Positions 1 to 9,226 of a stretch of 64,000 nt of DNA are shown piece after piece. A program made the position numbers and the translations under genes. Under the pieces are notes generated by a model. It was not told the DNA's origin, ran no database searches, and saw nothing but the letters and a program-made list of their open reading frames with translations. Source of the DNA: a virus; IMG/VR virus record IMGVR_UViG_3300020152_000020, positions 15,815 through 79,814 of that record. One strand, given 5' to 3'. Position 1 is the first letter of the stretch. Every line of letters starts with the position of its first letter.

Positions 1-132
1 CAAATGTCGAACCACTGCCCTCACGTTCTCCGGGCGTGCCGGGACCGAAGTGTCCCCGTGGTTCTGCTCACGTCGCCCGGCAAGGCGCAGGTGCTCAAAG
101 GAATCGCGGAAGCGCAGGGCTTAAAGTGGTAA
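1..132 (+). CDS. 3' end of hypothetical protein (truncated by window)
   Basis: Open frame 1 ending ...AQGLKW-TAA at 130-132, followed by a terminator. Confidence 0.45.
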   Translation, partial: QMSNHCPHVLRACRDRSVPVVLLTSPGKAQVLKGIAEAQGLKW

Positions 133-164
133 TTTAACCCCCGTCACACGCCTGAGTTAGCCAG

Positions 165-190
165 AAATCCCGCGTTATGCGGGATTTTTT
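165..190 (+). terminator. Rho-independent terminator
   Basis: AAATCCCGC-gttat-GCGGGATTT followed by T run. Confidence 0.75.
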
Positions 191-193
191 GTT

Positions 194-222
194 TTGACAT
201 TGTGTTAACCGCGCGGTATTGT
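194..222 (+). promoter_or_regulatory. sigma70-like promoter overlapping the palindrome
   Basis: TTGACA (194-199), 17 bp, TATTGT (217-222). Confidence 0.75.
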
Positions 223-282
223 TCTGTCATCGGAACCAGATGCCCCCGAAGGGGCAAAGACAACGATAACGGAGATCACAAA

Positions 283-768
283 ATGGAAACGCCCGCCCCC
301 GCCTCTCAGCCCGCCAAGGAAACCCCCAGCTTCGCAATGCTCCCGGTTAACCCCAAGACCGGGTTCCCGGACTTCACCACCAAAACGCAGCGGCTTGCGT
401 GGTTTAAGCTCAAGCTGTCGCAGGACGCCAACTGGGCGATGCGCGCCTGCGAAGTGGTGTACCAGTACCAGACCGCTTCGGAGAAAGCCGCCCAAGCTAC
501 AACGCAGGATAACGGGGTCGGGTTCTCCGGCACCGACGCGGAACTGCTCTCGTCATTCGCGCAGCAGATCGCGAAGAACCGCGCGGCCAAGGCGGCGGGC
601 ACCTTCCCCAAGAATTACGGTCTGCTCTCCCCCAAGCAGACGGCGCTCGTGCTGAAGCGGATGCCCAAGTACGCGAGCCAGTTGATCTCCCACCTTGAAG
701 CGTCTGGCAAGCTCCCGGCGCTGGCGAAGAAGGTCAACACGGACGGCAGCATCGGCGCGGCGGCGTAA
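283..768 (+). CDS. Conserved phage hypothetical protein
   Basis: GGAG RBS at 271-274, ATG 283; QTxxEK...DNGVGFSGTDAE...LSPKQ pattern recalled from phage hypotheticals. Confidence 0.7.
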   Translation: METPAPASQPAKETPSFAMLPVNPKTGFPDFTTKTQRLAWFKLKLSQDANWAMRACEVVYQYQTASEKAAQATTQDNGVGFSGTDAELLSSFAQQIAKNRAAKAAGTFPKNYGLLSPKQTALVLKRMPKYASQLISHLEASGKLPALAKKVNTDGSIGAAA

Positions 769-795
769 GCCGCCCTTGCTTCGAGGGGAGCCAAC

Positions 796-999
796 ATGGC
801 GCTTGGAACGAATTATCGTCGCACGCCGGGACTGGTCGGTCCCGGTGGCTGTGAGATCGGGCGGGTCGTTCTGCTCGACCGCGTGTGCCGCCGCAAGGCG
901 GCTGAGTCGGTGGACACTGGCAAGGTGAAATTGATGCTCTGTCGCAAGTGCGCAGCGCGGTGTCGCCGGGTGATCGAATCCAAGGGAGCTACGAAATGA
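796..999 (+). CDS. Small hypothetical protein (CxxC)
   Basis: GAGGGGAG RBS; stop overlaps next start (ATGA). Confidence 0.5.
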   Translation: MALGTNYRRTPGLVGPGGCEIGRVVLLDRVCRRKAAESVDTGKVKLMLCRKCAARCRRVIESKGATK

Positions 1000-1262
1000 A
1001 CACGCGAATGGGCTTGCGCAAGTTTTTGATGTCTGTCGCGCGTCAGTGCCGCGCGCGGAAGACTGTGCGTCAGCAGAAAATCGACGCCGTCTTTGCTGCC
1101 GGGGCTTTGCTCTTTGCTGTTAGGGCTGAACTGATTTCGTTCAACGAGTGGATTGTGCTTGATACGTGGGTGTGTGGCGATCCGAAACTCCGGCTCGCAC
1201 GGTTCGAACGCAAAGACCAGAAATACCTGCGCACGTTGACACTTTCAAAACCACGGGATTAA
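996..1262 (+). CDS. Hypothetical protein
   Basis: AGGGAG RBS, ATG 996 coupled to upstream stop. Confidence 0.5.
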   Translation: MNTRMGLRKFLMSVARQCRARKTVRQQKIDAVFAAGALLFAVRAELISFNEWIVLDTWVCGDPKLRLARFERKDQKYLRTLTLSKPRD

Positions 1263-1275
1263 ACGGAGCTACAAA

Positions 1276-1773
1276 ATGAAAACGTTTCACGAGTGTCTGT
1301 TCGTGGCGCTGTGCGATGAACTGGAACGCGAGGTTCCGAAGCTCCCGGATGCGGCTGATCTGGCGCAGGAATGCGAGAAACTTGAGCGCCGTCTGATCGG
1401 GGTTCCGAATGGGAAAGAAGCCGTGGCGCGGGCGTTCAAGCGGGCGAAGCGGGCGCGGGCGATGGAGATTGTCAACGAGGCGACGGCGTACGTGGAAAAG
1501 CTCAAGGCCGAAGGCTGGCAGCAGGAAGACTTCGTGGCGGCTCTGCAAAATCTCATGGTGTCGAAGACAGGCGAGGGGATGCTGCGGGTTCCCAAGATCG
1601 TTCCGCTGGTTGAGTCCGTTGACGGGTTCCTCGTTCGGTACGTGTTCCATGAAGGCAACTGGCACAAGGTCATGCCCTTGAGCACGCCGTCGCACTGGTT
1701 CTGTGAAATCGCGGCCACCAACGACACACACATCGCCGTGCTGATCGGGCGCGGTGAACTGAAACGAGTTTGA
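1276..1773 (+). CDS. Hypothetical protein
   Basis: GGAG RBS; followed by terminator. Confidence 0.65.
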   Translation: MKTFHECLFVALCDELEREVPKLPDAADLAQECEKLERRLIGVPNGKEAVARAFKRAKRARAMEIVNEATAYVEKLKAEGWQQEDFVAALQNLMVSKTGEGMLRVPKIVPLVESVDGFLVRYVFHEGNWHKVMPLSTPSHWFCEIAATNDTHIAVLIGRGELKRV

Positions 1774-1800
1774 GTCGGGTCGGGCGCTTGCCCGGCTGAC

Positions 1801-1824
1801 ACCCCGCGCTGGCGGGGTTTTTTT
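1801..1824 (+). terminator. Rho-independent terminator
   Basis: ACCCCGC-gctg-GCGGGGT followed by T run. Confidence 0.75.
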
Positions 1825-1850
1825 ATGCCCGTGCACAGACTACGGGTGAC

Positions 1851-1883
1851 GAAAAAACCCGGAGTGCTGTCCGGGTTTCTTTT
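1851..1883 (-). terminator. Terminator for the minus-strand gene (possibly bidirectional)
   Basis: A7 tract, then AAACCCGGA-gtgctg-TCCGGGTTT. Confidence 0.6.
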
Positions 1884-1902
1884 GCTGCGAGTCTGGTCGG
1901 GC

Positions 1903-2610
1903 TTACATCAGTTCGCCTGTACGCTGCTGATCTTCAATCGCGGCGGCGAGTTCCGTCGCGACCTTCGGGTCCAGCTTCGGTTCCGGCTCGTCAATCGGCA
2001 CCACCTTCTGCGCTCCCACCGGGTGCTCGAATCCGGGCGCGGGCACCAGCTTGAAGCCGGGCGGCAGGCTTTCCACCGGGTAGTCCGGGCCGACGATCCG
2101 GTTCTCTGGGATCATGGCTTTGGGGTCCGTGACGGGGAACTTCTGCGACTTCGGGACGCTGAAGTCGAACTGCGCCTTCCGTTCTTTGGCCGCTACCGCT
2201 TTCGTCTTCTTCTCCAACTCTTTGCGGTCGCGTTCCGTGGTGTCGCGGCAGAACTTACGCATCTCGCGGATCATGTAGCCGACCAGCCAGTCCGTACGAT
2301 CCTGCCCCTTGAGGCCGGGCGGCACGATGATCGGGATGCGCATTCCGTTGATCGGGTCGGGTCCGGCGAGTTCGACGAATTGGCGATTGTCCGGTGTGTT
2401 CGAGTTGAACACAGCGGAGATGCCTTGCCGGACCTGTGTGACGTTGCCCTTGCTGTCCAGCTTGCGGCAGCAGGGCCACATTGAGATGTTCGGGTTGGCG
2501 GGGTCGCCGAAGATGCAAACGTCTACGACTTGGCTCATGTCGAGCATGGTAGGGGGTACTCCTTCGTTGCAGGCCGCTCTCTGAGTGACCTGTCGGTTTT
2601 GTTTTGGCAC
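1903..2610 (-). CDS. Hypothetical protein (only convincing minus-strand gene)
   Basis: 235 aa ORF filling the gap between terminators and the divergent recQ promoter; no credible + strand gene there. Confidence 0.65.
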   Translation of the reverse strand: MPKQNRQVTQRAACNEGVPPTMLDMSQVVDVCIFGDPANPNISMWPCCRKLDSKGNVTQVRQGISAVFNSNTPDNRQFVELAGPDPINGMRIPIIVPPGLKGQDRTDWLVGYMIREMRKFCRDTTERDRKELEKKTKAVAAKERKAQFDFSVPKSQKFPVTDPKAMIPENRIVGPDYPVESLPPGFKLVPAPGFEHPVGAQKVVPIDEPEPKLDPKVATELAAAIEDQQRTGELM

Positions 2611-2761
2611 CCACCAACGCTGGCGGGCGCTCTGGTTCGCGCAGCACCGCGAACACTGAACAAGCTACGCTGCGGCGGCGCGATAGCAACAACTTTCCGC
2701 ATAAAAGTATCGCATGACGGCGTTACACAAACAAAATTTCTGCATTATGCGCATATTATCG

Positions 2762-2789
2762 TTGACACAATGTCATAAACGGGTATGGT
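2762..2789 (+). promoter_or_regulatory. sigma70-like promoter overlapping the palindrome
   Basis: TTGACA, 16 bp, TATGGT upstream of recQ. Confidence 0.65.
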
Positions 2790-2883
2790 GCGGCTGTCGT
2801 CTGTGGCTGACGGGACACGGTGGCGGGCCGCGCAATGCGGTGTCTGCCGGGCACCCGAAAACGGAAAACAAGGAGAAGCAGTC

Positions 2884-4593
2884 ATGCCGGAAGTCCTCGA
2901 CTCCGCTCGTGAAGTCCTTCAGGCCCACTGGGGCTTCGATCAGTTTCGTCCCGCACAGGAAAAGGTGATCCTCGCCGCGCTCAACGGCGAAGACGTTCTC
3001 GCCGTCCTGCCCACCGGGTACGGTAAGTCCGCTACGTTTCAGGTGCCCGCGCTGATGTCCGAAGGCACGGCCATCGTCATCTCGCCTCTGATCGCGCTGA
3101 TGAAAGATCAGGCCGACGACTGCAAGAAACGCGGCATCCCGGCGTCGTACATCAACTCGCACGTGTCGGACAAAGAAGTCCACACGCGGTTCAACGATCT
3201 GATCGGCGGCGCATTCAAGGTCTTTTACATCGCGCCTGAACGGCTGTCGTCGCCGTCGTTCCGCGAAGCGATTCAACTCACCAACGTTTCCTTCATCGTG
3301 GTGGACGAAGCGCACTGCGTGTCGCGCTGGGGCCACGACTTCCGCCCGGCGTATTCCAAGATCAAAAATCTGGTGGACATGGTTTCCGTGGACGGCCAGC
3401 GCCCGCCGATCATGGCGGTGACTGCGACCGCTACGCGCGACATCGAAGCGGACATCATGAAGGGCTGCGGGATCGAAGGCGGGTACGCGCGCATCGTCGG
3501 CGATCCGATCCGTCCGAATCTCGCGTACAAGGTGATGCAGGGAAATCCGTGGGGCAACCTGCGCGTGATCCTGAAATCGTGGGACGTGGTGAACGGGCGG
3601 TACATCATTTACTGTGGCACCCGCAAAGGCGCGGAGAAGGTCGCGCTCATGGCTGAGGAACATCTGGAAGACGGCTGCGTCGGGTTCTATCACGCCGGGA
3701 TGGACAAGGACGCGCGGATCAAAGCCCAGAACGCTTTCAAGTCCGGCGAGAAGCCAGTTGTGGTCGCTACATGCGCGTTCGGTATGGGGATCGACGTGCC
3801 GAACATTCGTTCGGTGGTCCACTTCGGCATCCCCGGTTCGATTGAAGATTACTGCCAAGAGGCGGGCCGCGCGGGTCGCGACGGCAAGCACTCCGATGTC
3901 ATCCTGATCGCGGACGATTATTCGATCAACCTGCGGCAGATGTTCATCAACTTCGCGAATCCGCCGTATGCCGTTTACCAGCACGTCTGGGAGTGGCTGC
4001 ACGCGAATCTGGATCAGGGCGAAGTGCTCACGATGTCCGGCGACGACATCGCCAAGGAAATGACCAAAGAATACGGCGTGCAGATCGAGGGCGAGCAGGT
4101 GCTCGCGGCGCTCTCCACGATGGACGCGCACGCGCTGGTCGTCCGGCGCAACGCTTCGGGCGGGCTGAACCTGAAAATCGACCGCGACAAGCTGAAGGCG
4201 TTTATCGCGGCGGGGGTCCCCAACCCGCTACTGCGCAAGGCTGCGGAATACCTGCACAACGATGTCCTGTCGGCGCTGTCTGGTCCCAACGAAATGAACG
4301 TGATCGTGGATCAGGCGACGGCGGCTGAATGCTCTGACATGTCGGACTCGACGTTCGCGAAAATGTGCGAACTGCTGGAAGACAAAAGTGTGTTGTCGGT
4401 GGAGAAGTCGTTCCGGGGCAAGTCCACGCAGATCGCGAAGTACGGCGTTGATCTCGACGATGTGCTGCCGCGCGCGGAGATCGAAGCCAAGCGCAAGCGC
4501 GAACAGGCGCGGCTTGATTACATGGTCGGGTACACGAAGTCGCCCGACCGCATCAAGTACATCCGTTCGTACTTTTTGGGGGGTGACGAATGA
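2884..4593 (+). CDS. recQ: RecQ-family DNA helicase
   Basis: HWGFDQFRPAQ, LPTGYGKS, SPLIALMKDQ, VDEAHCVSRWGHDFRPAY, FYHAGM, ATCAFGMGIDVPNIR, QEAGRAGRDG; AAGGAG RBS before ATG 2884. Confidence 0.95.
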   Translation: MPEVLDSAREVLQAHWGFDQFRPAQEKVILAALNGEDVLAVLPTGYGKSATFQVPALMSEGTAIVISPLIALMKDQADDCKKRGIPASYINSHVSDKEVHTRFNDLIGGAFKVFYIAPERLSSPSFREAIQLTNVSFIVVDEAHCVSRWGHDFRPAYSKIKNLVDMVSVDGQRPPIMAVTATATRDIEADIMKGCGIEGGYARIVGDPIRPNLAYKVMQGNPWGNLRVILKSWDVVNGRYIIYCGTRKGAEKVALMAEEHLEDGCVGFYHAGMDKDARIKAQNAFKSGEKPVVVATCAFGMGIDVPNIRSVVHFGIPGSIEDYCQEAGRAGRDGKHSDVILIADDYSINLRQMFINFANPPYAVYQHVWEWLHANLDQGEVLTMSGDDIAKEMTKEYGVQIEGEQVLAALSTMDAHALVVRRNASGGLNLKIDRDKLKAFIAAGVPNPLLRKAAEYLHNDVLSALSGPNEMNVIVDQATAAECSDMSDSTFAKMCELLEDKSVLSVEKSFRGKSTQIAKYGVDLDDVLPRAEIEAKRKREQARLDYMVGYTKSPDRIKYIRSYFLGGDE

Positions 4594-4781
4594 ACCAGCT
4601 ACAGTGGCAGGGCTTCAAGTCGGTGTGCGGGCGTTTCAAGATCGTTGATCGTGTCGGTGAGGGGTGGTATCGCCTGCTCGAAAACGGGAAGGACACCGGG
4701 GCCGCGTCCAGCAACGTTGAAACGCTCAAGCTGGCCGCGCAGTCGCTGCTCGAAAAGCGGGAAGGGGTCAAAGCGAAATGA
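4590..4781 (+). CDS. Small hypothetical protein
   Basis: ATGA-coupled to both neighbours. Confidence 0.55.
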   Translation: MNQLQWQGFKSVCGRFKIVDRVGEGWYRLLENGKDTGAASSNVETLKLAAQSLLEKREGVKAK

Positions 4782-4999
4782 AATGCGTGCTGCTCGTGGT
4801 TCTCTGGTTCTCCGGGGCCGTCGATGGTTCCGATCCGGTCCAAGAAGCCCGCTACGGCGTACTGCTTCCGGCTCCCGGCGAAAAAGACGCGCCCAGTGAC
4901 CCAGTCAGTGTCCCAGTTCCCGGACAGAGTGTCTCACAGTGTCTGACATTTTGGACACTGTGTCTTACCGTCGCGGCCAACAAAGCAGGGGGGTATTAG
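4778..4999 (+). CDS. Small protein with N-terminal hydrophobic/signal-like segment
   Basis: MKCVLLVVLWFSG; translationally coupled. Confidence 0.45.
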   Translation: MKCVLLVVLWFSGAVDGSDPVQEARYGVLLPAPGEKDAPSDPVSVPVPGQSVSQCLTFWTLCLTVAANKAGGY

Positions 5000-5002
5000 G
5001 GT

Positions 5003-5764
5003 ATGCCGAAACCGCGCCCAACACCGCAAGGTGCAAAGCCGCTCCCGGCTGCGTCTGAAGGGCCAATGCTGCCGGGGCTGGCCGATGTCGTTCCCAAGGT
5101 CGAAAACGCGCCCACAGGGCCGGGATTTGGGGGTTCCGGGCTTCCCAGCGAGGCCGTCCGGGCTGTAACCGACGTTTTGAACGGGGTTCCGCCCGCTCCG
5201 GCTCCGGCTGGACCCACCGCAGCACAGGTGCACGTTGCGTTGTCGGTTCTGCGGGCCGGGCGTGACATTGTGTCAGAAACCGCGTGGCTGGCGGCGCAGC
5301 AGGCCGTCAATCAGGCGCTCTCAATGCCGGGGTGGACCGGGGCCGCTACGGATTGCCTGCCGTTCGGGGTGGAAGCTGAACGCGCGCGGGGGCAGCATGA
5401 TCACTTACTGGAACTTCTCGACCGCTCTGGTGCGGTCATCGACGAATTGCAGACCTTCGTGGAAGGCTGCACGGACAAGATCGGGCCGGGGGTCGCGATG
5501 GAAGCACGCGCGGTTCTGGCTCGCGTCAAACTCTTAGCTGAAGGGAAACCCGATGGGACTGAAGGATCGAATCGCAGCAGCGCAACGGATGCAGGCAGCG
5601 GCCAAGCAGGCGAAGGTGACAATCGTGACGGCGCGGCAAGTCTCGACGCCGATCTCCGAACCGCGCGTGAAAATCACAATGCCAAGCTCGCAGGTGCCGA
5701 TGACGCCGATCCCGGTCCCGACGAAGGACCCGGCGACATTGACGAGAACAGCGTCCCGTTCTAA
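5003..5764 (+). CDS. Hypothetical protein
   Basis: 253 aa; Pro-rich N-terminus, acidic tail overlapping next gene. Confidence 0.6.
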   Translation: MPKPRPTPQGAKPLPAASEGPMLPGLADVVPKVENAPTGPGFGGSGLPSEAVRAVTDVLNGVPPAPAPAGPTAAQVHVALSVLRAGRDIVSETAWLAAQQAVNQALSMPGWTGAATDCLPFGVEAERARGQHDHLLELLDRSGAVIDELQTFVEGCTDKIGPGVAMEARAVLARVKLLAEGKPDGTEGSNRSSATDAGSGQAGEGDNRDGAASLDADLRTARENHNAKLAGADDADPGPDEGPGDIDENSVPF

Positions 5765-5924
5765 GCAGGCGATGTTCGACTCGATGATTAAAGCCCGGCT
5801 GGCGGGCTACAAACCGACCGGGTGGCATCGCTGCAACGGTGGCTCGCAGTTCGTGCCCGGCGAGCAGTGCCCGGTCTGTAACCCGCCTGAAGTGTTGGCG
5901 GCTCTCAAGGGGGTGGCATCGTGA
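5553..5924 (+). CDS. Hypothetical protein with C-terminal Zn-ribbon-like motif
   Basis: AAGGGA RBS; MGLKDRI N-terminal motif; HRC...CPVC. Confidence 0.6.
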   Translation: MGLKDRIAAAQRMQAAAKQAKVTIVTARQVSTPISEPRVKITMPSSQVPMTPIPVPTKDPATLTRTASRSKQAMFDSMIKARLAGYKPTGWHRCNGGSQFVPGEQCPVCNPPEVLAALKGVAS

Positions 5925-6472
5925 GCGCGTTAAAGATCGCAATGGAAGCGGTGCGGTACATCGTGGATCAGAAGCCGGAGCACACGAAAAAGGGCCGCTT
6001 ACTGGACAACGTGACTGACGCGCAGGTCGTCAACTCCCTGCTCAGTGAGGCCAACGAGCTACACGAGGCTGTGGTGCTCAACCACAAGGAAGACGCGATC
6101 CCGTATGAAGCTGCGGACGTGCTGATCCCGATTTTCCATCTGTCCAAGCGCCGGGGGTGGTGTGAGGAAGACTTGGCGCGCTGGGTGATCGAGAAGTTGA
6201 TGCTCCGGCACCACCTGTCGGAAGAACAGAAAGCACACATGACGGAGCTACTGGCACGGGTGGTCGCGGCTGACGAAGTTATGCTCCGGGTGGCGGTGGC
6301 TCTCCCCGTGCTTAACCTTGTGTTAACGCGGGCCGGGGTGAAAGACATTCCCCGTGCTGTGGGGCTGCTCACGGAGTTGATCGCGGACTTCCAGCGGTGC
6401 TTTCCTGAAGTGGTCGCTGAAGCGAAACGGCGCGCGGAACAAAAAGAGAAGCCGGGAAGCTCTGAAGCCTGA
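5921..6472 (+). CDS. MazG-like (NTP pyrophosphatase fold) protein
   Basis: SEANELHEAV...YEAADVLI resembles the ExxE...ExxD metal-binding pattern. Confidence 0.5.
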   Translation: MSALKIAMEAVRYIVDQKPEHTKKGRLLDNVTDAQVVNSLLSEANELHEAVVLNHKEDAIPYEAADVLIPIFHLSKRRGWCEEDLARWVIEKLMLRHHLSEEQKAHMTELLARVVAADEVMLRVAVALPVLNLVLTRAGVKDIPRAVGLLTELIADFQRCFPEVVAEAKRRAEQKEKPGSSEA

Positions 6473-6599
6473 AGCTGTCACCGTTCCGCCCGGTCAAACA
6501 AAGCAGAAATTCTTAGACGGGCGCGGCAACGCCGCGCCTTGCTGCTGTGGCGGCAACGCCGCCGATGCAGCGAAAGACCCCTGAAAAGTGCGATTTTCC

Positions 6600-6890
6600 C
6601 TTTCGACGGATTAGTCTTAATATCAGTTATCCTCTTATTACTACTATCATTTATAACATTAATAGGATGCTATGAACCATTGCTCCAAAGGCTCTAAGGC
6701 GCTAAGAACATATGGGGGGTGGACACTGGGAACCTCATGCGGGACCTGTTAGGTACGCTACCACGTGCATTGTTCAGATCGGCACAAGAGCAATAAATTG
6801 TCGTTTTTTTGGAAAATGTTGTATTTTCGGCAGTTGCTTTTTTGTCTACCCTGAGTAAGTTTTTGCGCATCCGGGTAGACAAACGGGCAC
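6600..6890. other. AT-rich non-coding region, candidate replication origin
   Basis: 6611-6675 strongly AT-rich against GC-rich background; 11-bp inverted repeat TTTGTCTACCC (6841-6851)/GGGTAGACAAA (6873-6883). Confidence 0.4.
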
Positions 6891-6934
6891 CTTTTCCGCG
6901 CCATGCGTCGGAATGGAAATATCGGAGTAAACCT

Positions 6935-7429
6935 GTGGCTGACAAGTATTTGTGCGTTGATGAAGGCGTTCACGTGTTCGACCCTGCGTCGGGGAACACG
7001 GTCCCGCTACGGACGTTCAAGGGCACAACGTGTCTTGCGTTCGGAAGCAATCTCTTCGGGGCGCTTCAGGACGATCCCGCCGCGTTGCAGGTGCTGGTTT
7101 ATGTTGCGCGCATCGTCCAGTGCTGCGGTCGCCCGGATTCGGTGAACTGGGTCCGCTGCCCGCGCAAAGACATCGCTCGCAAGACCGGGCAGTCCACTCG
7201 CACGATCACGCGCGCCATCGAGACGCTGCTCGCGAAGGGTTATCTCGTGCGGAACGAGCACGTTCAGTGCGTGTACCGCATCCCCGCCAAGTACCTGCTC
7301 ACGGGCAAGCTGGAAAAGCTGCCGGAGCCGTCCGCTCAGAATGGTTCGGAGTTCGAAGTCATCGTGCCGCCTGACGAAGTTCAGGAAGCGGCCCACTCCG
7401 CTACCGTTCCCGCTGCTGTACCTGCGTAA
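6935..7429 (+). CDS. Winged-helix DNA-binding protein, RepL-like initiator candidate
   Basis: GGAG RBS 6924-6927 before GTG 6935; FDPASGN N-terminal motif; HTH PRKDIARKTGQSTRTITRAIETLLAKGYL. Confidence 0.55.
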   Translation: MADKYLCVDEGVHVFDPASGNTVPLRTFKGTTCLAFGSNLFGALQDDPAALQVLVYVARIVQCCGRPDSVNWVRCPRKDIARKTGQSTRTITRAIETLLAKGYLVRNEHVQCVYRIPAKYLLTGKLEKLPEPSAQNGSEFEVIVPPDEVQEAAHSATVPAAVPA

Positions 7430-7489
7430 AAAACAAAACGAAGGTCTGGGCGTCGGTTGACAGTGTGTTAACCGCTGAGGGATGCTGCC

Positions 7490-9226
7490 GTGATTCCAAG
7501 TATCAGAGTTCAAGGTGCGTGGGCCGAATTGACGGGTGCTCCCATTTCGATTCTTGAAGAATCGCTGTGTGCGCTCGATCCCAAGCGGTTCTTTAACGCT
7601 GCGTTCCGCCAGAAACGCTGGGACGGTAAAGTCCGGCTGCATTCGGGTCGCTTGTTCCCGTCTGGTCTGGTCCACCGGGTGATCGCGGCCTGCAACGAAG
7701 ACGGCATGGACGTGCGCGTCGTGTCGGCTGAGGAAACCGAACCGATTGACGTTTCTCGCTTCGACAAGCACTACTTGCCGGGCATCGAGTTGTGGGACCA
7801 CCAGATCAAAGCCGTGCTCGCCATGCTTCAGAACCCGCGCGGGTCCATTAAATCGCCCACGGGGTCTGGCAAGGGCGAGATGATTGCCGCCGCCGCCCGG
7901 TACTTCTGGGAAGAACGACGGTGGCGCTCGCTGGTCGTCGTGCCAAAGAAAGGTTTGGCGGCGCAGCAGCGCGAGCGAATGCGCAAATACTACGGAGATG
8001 ACATTCAAGTCGGCATTTGCGGTGACGGGCACCGGATCGTAGGTCCGATCACGGTGGCGACGGCACAAACGCTGGCAGGCTTCAAGCCGCGCATTCAGAA
8101 GGTTCGCGGCAAGGGCCTGAAACATCTTCCGGCTGATCCGATACTACGGAAGCTGGTCGCGCAGTGTGAGGTTTTGTTCCTCGACGAAACGCATCACGCC
8201 AGTTCGGATTCGTGGTTCGACATTGCGATGTCGTCCGGCGCGATCCGGCGCTTCGGTCTGTCCGGGACTCCGCTCAAAGAAGACGACGTAGCCGATTTGC
8301 GCATGGTCGGGGCGACGGGTCCGCTGCTGTGTGAGATTCAGGCGACAAAGATGATCGACCTTGGCCTGTGCGCACGTCCGAAGATCGCGGTGGTGATGTC
8401 GGATGCGGTGTCGGGGCCAGAGTTGCCGTTCAAGTGGTTGTTCCGCATTCAGAAAGACGGGTCGCGCGTGCGGTATAAGCGGTTCCAGCCGTACGACGTG
8501 GCGTACCAGAAAGGCGTGGTCGATAACCGGGCGCATAACAAAGCGGTGATTCGTGCTACGAACTGGCTGGTCGATCAGGACAAACAAACGCTCGTACTCT
8601 GTCGCCGCAAGGACCACTTCTCCGCGCTGAAGAAGATGCTCGAAGATACGGGTGTGCAGTTCATGGCGGTCTGGGGCGACACAGAGACGGAAGAACGGAA
8701 CCGGGCCAAGAAGGCGCTCGACAGTCGGCGCATTCAGTGCGTGCTTGCCTCGACGATCTGGGATGAAGGCGAGGACGTTCCCGGCATCGAGGCGCTGGTT
8801 CTGGCTGAGGGCGTGAAGGTGAATACGAACGTCCTGCAACGGATCGGACGCGGGATGCGCCGGAAGAAGGGCGGGGATAACACGGTGTGGGTCGTGGACT
8901 TTGCGCCGACGTGTCACCCGAAATTGCTTGAGCACGCTCTGAAAAGAGCCGAATCGTACGAGGGGGAAGGCTATGAAGTTCGCGTGGTGGAAGAATGGCG
9001 CACCGACGAGGACTTTGACGAGAAGGAATTGCTGCCGTTCTTAAACTGGGATAGTGGGGGCACTACCAGTGAACAAACTGAACCGAAGAAACGAGTCGCG
9101 AGTGCTGGGGCTGGCAGTCCGAACGTTGCGCGAGCGAGCCGAACTGAGCCAGTCCGACGTGGCCATCCTGTACGGGTTGTGTCACCGCAATCAGGTAAGC
9201 CTGTGCGAAAAGGGCGAGAACTTTAA
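7490..9226 (+). CDS. Superfamily 2 DNA helicase (UvsW/Rad25-like)
   Basis: LWDHQIKAV, SPTGSGKG, DETHH, GLSGTP, DEGEDVPGI, QRIGRGMR. Confidence 0.9.
   Translation: MIPSIRVQGAWAELTGAPISILEESLCALDPKRFFNAAFRQKRWDGKVRLHSGRLFPSGLVHRVIAACNEDGMDVRVVSAEETEPIDVSRFDKHYLPGIELWDHQIKAVLAMLQNPRGSIKSPTGSGKGEMIAAAARYFWEERRWRSLVVVPKKGLAAQQRERMRKYYGDDIQVGICGDGHRIVGPITVATAQTLAGFKPRIQKVRGKGLKHLPADPILRKLVAQCEVLFLDETHHASSDSWFDIAMSSGAIRRFGLSGTPLKEDDVADLRMVGATGPLLCEIQATKMIDLGLCARPKIAVVMSDAVSGPELPFKWLFRIQKDGSRVRYKRFQPYDVAYQKGVVDNRAHNKAVIRATNWLVDQDKQTLVLCRRKDHFSALKKMLEDTGVQFMAVWGDTETEERNRAKKALDSRRIQCVLASTIWDEGEDVPGIEALVLAEGVKVNTNVLQRIGRGMRRKKGGDNTVWVVDFAPTCHPKLLEHALKRAESYEGEGYEVRVVEEWRTDEDFDEKELLPFLNWDSGGTTSEQTEPKKRVASAGAGSPNVARASRTEPVRRGHPVRVVSPQSGKPVRKGREL

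Noticed and set aside
4921-4966. Cluster of degenerate GACA..TGTC half-sites
   Set aside because: Outer bases mismatch the consensus; kept only as a weak possible member of the palindrome family
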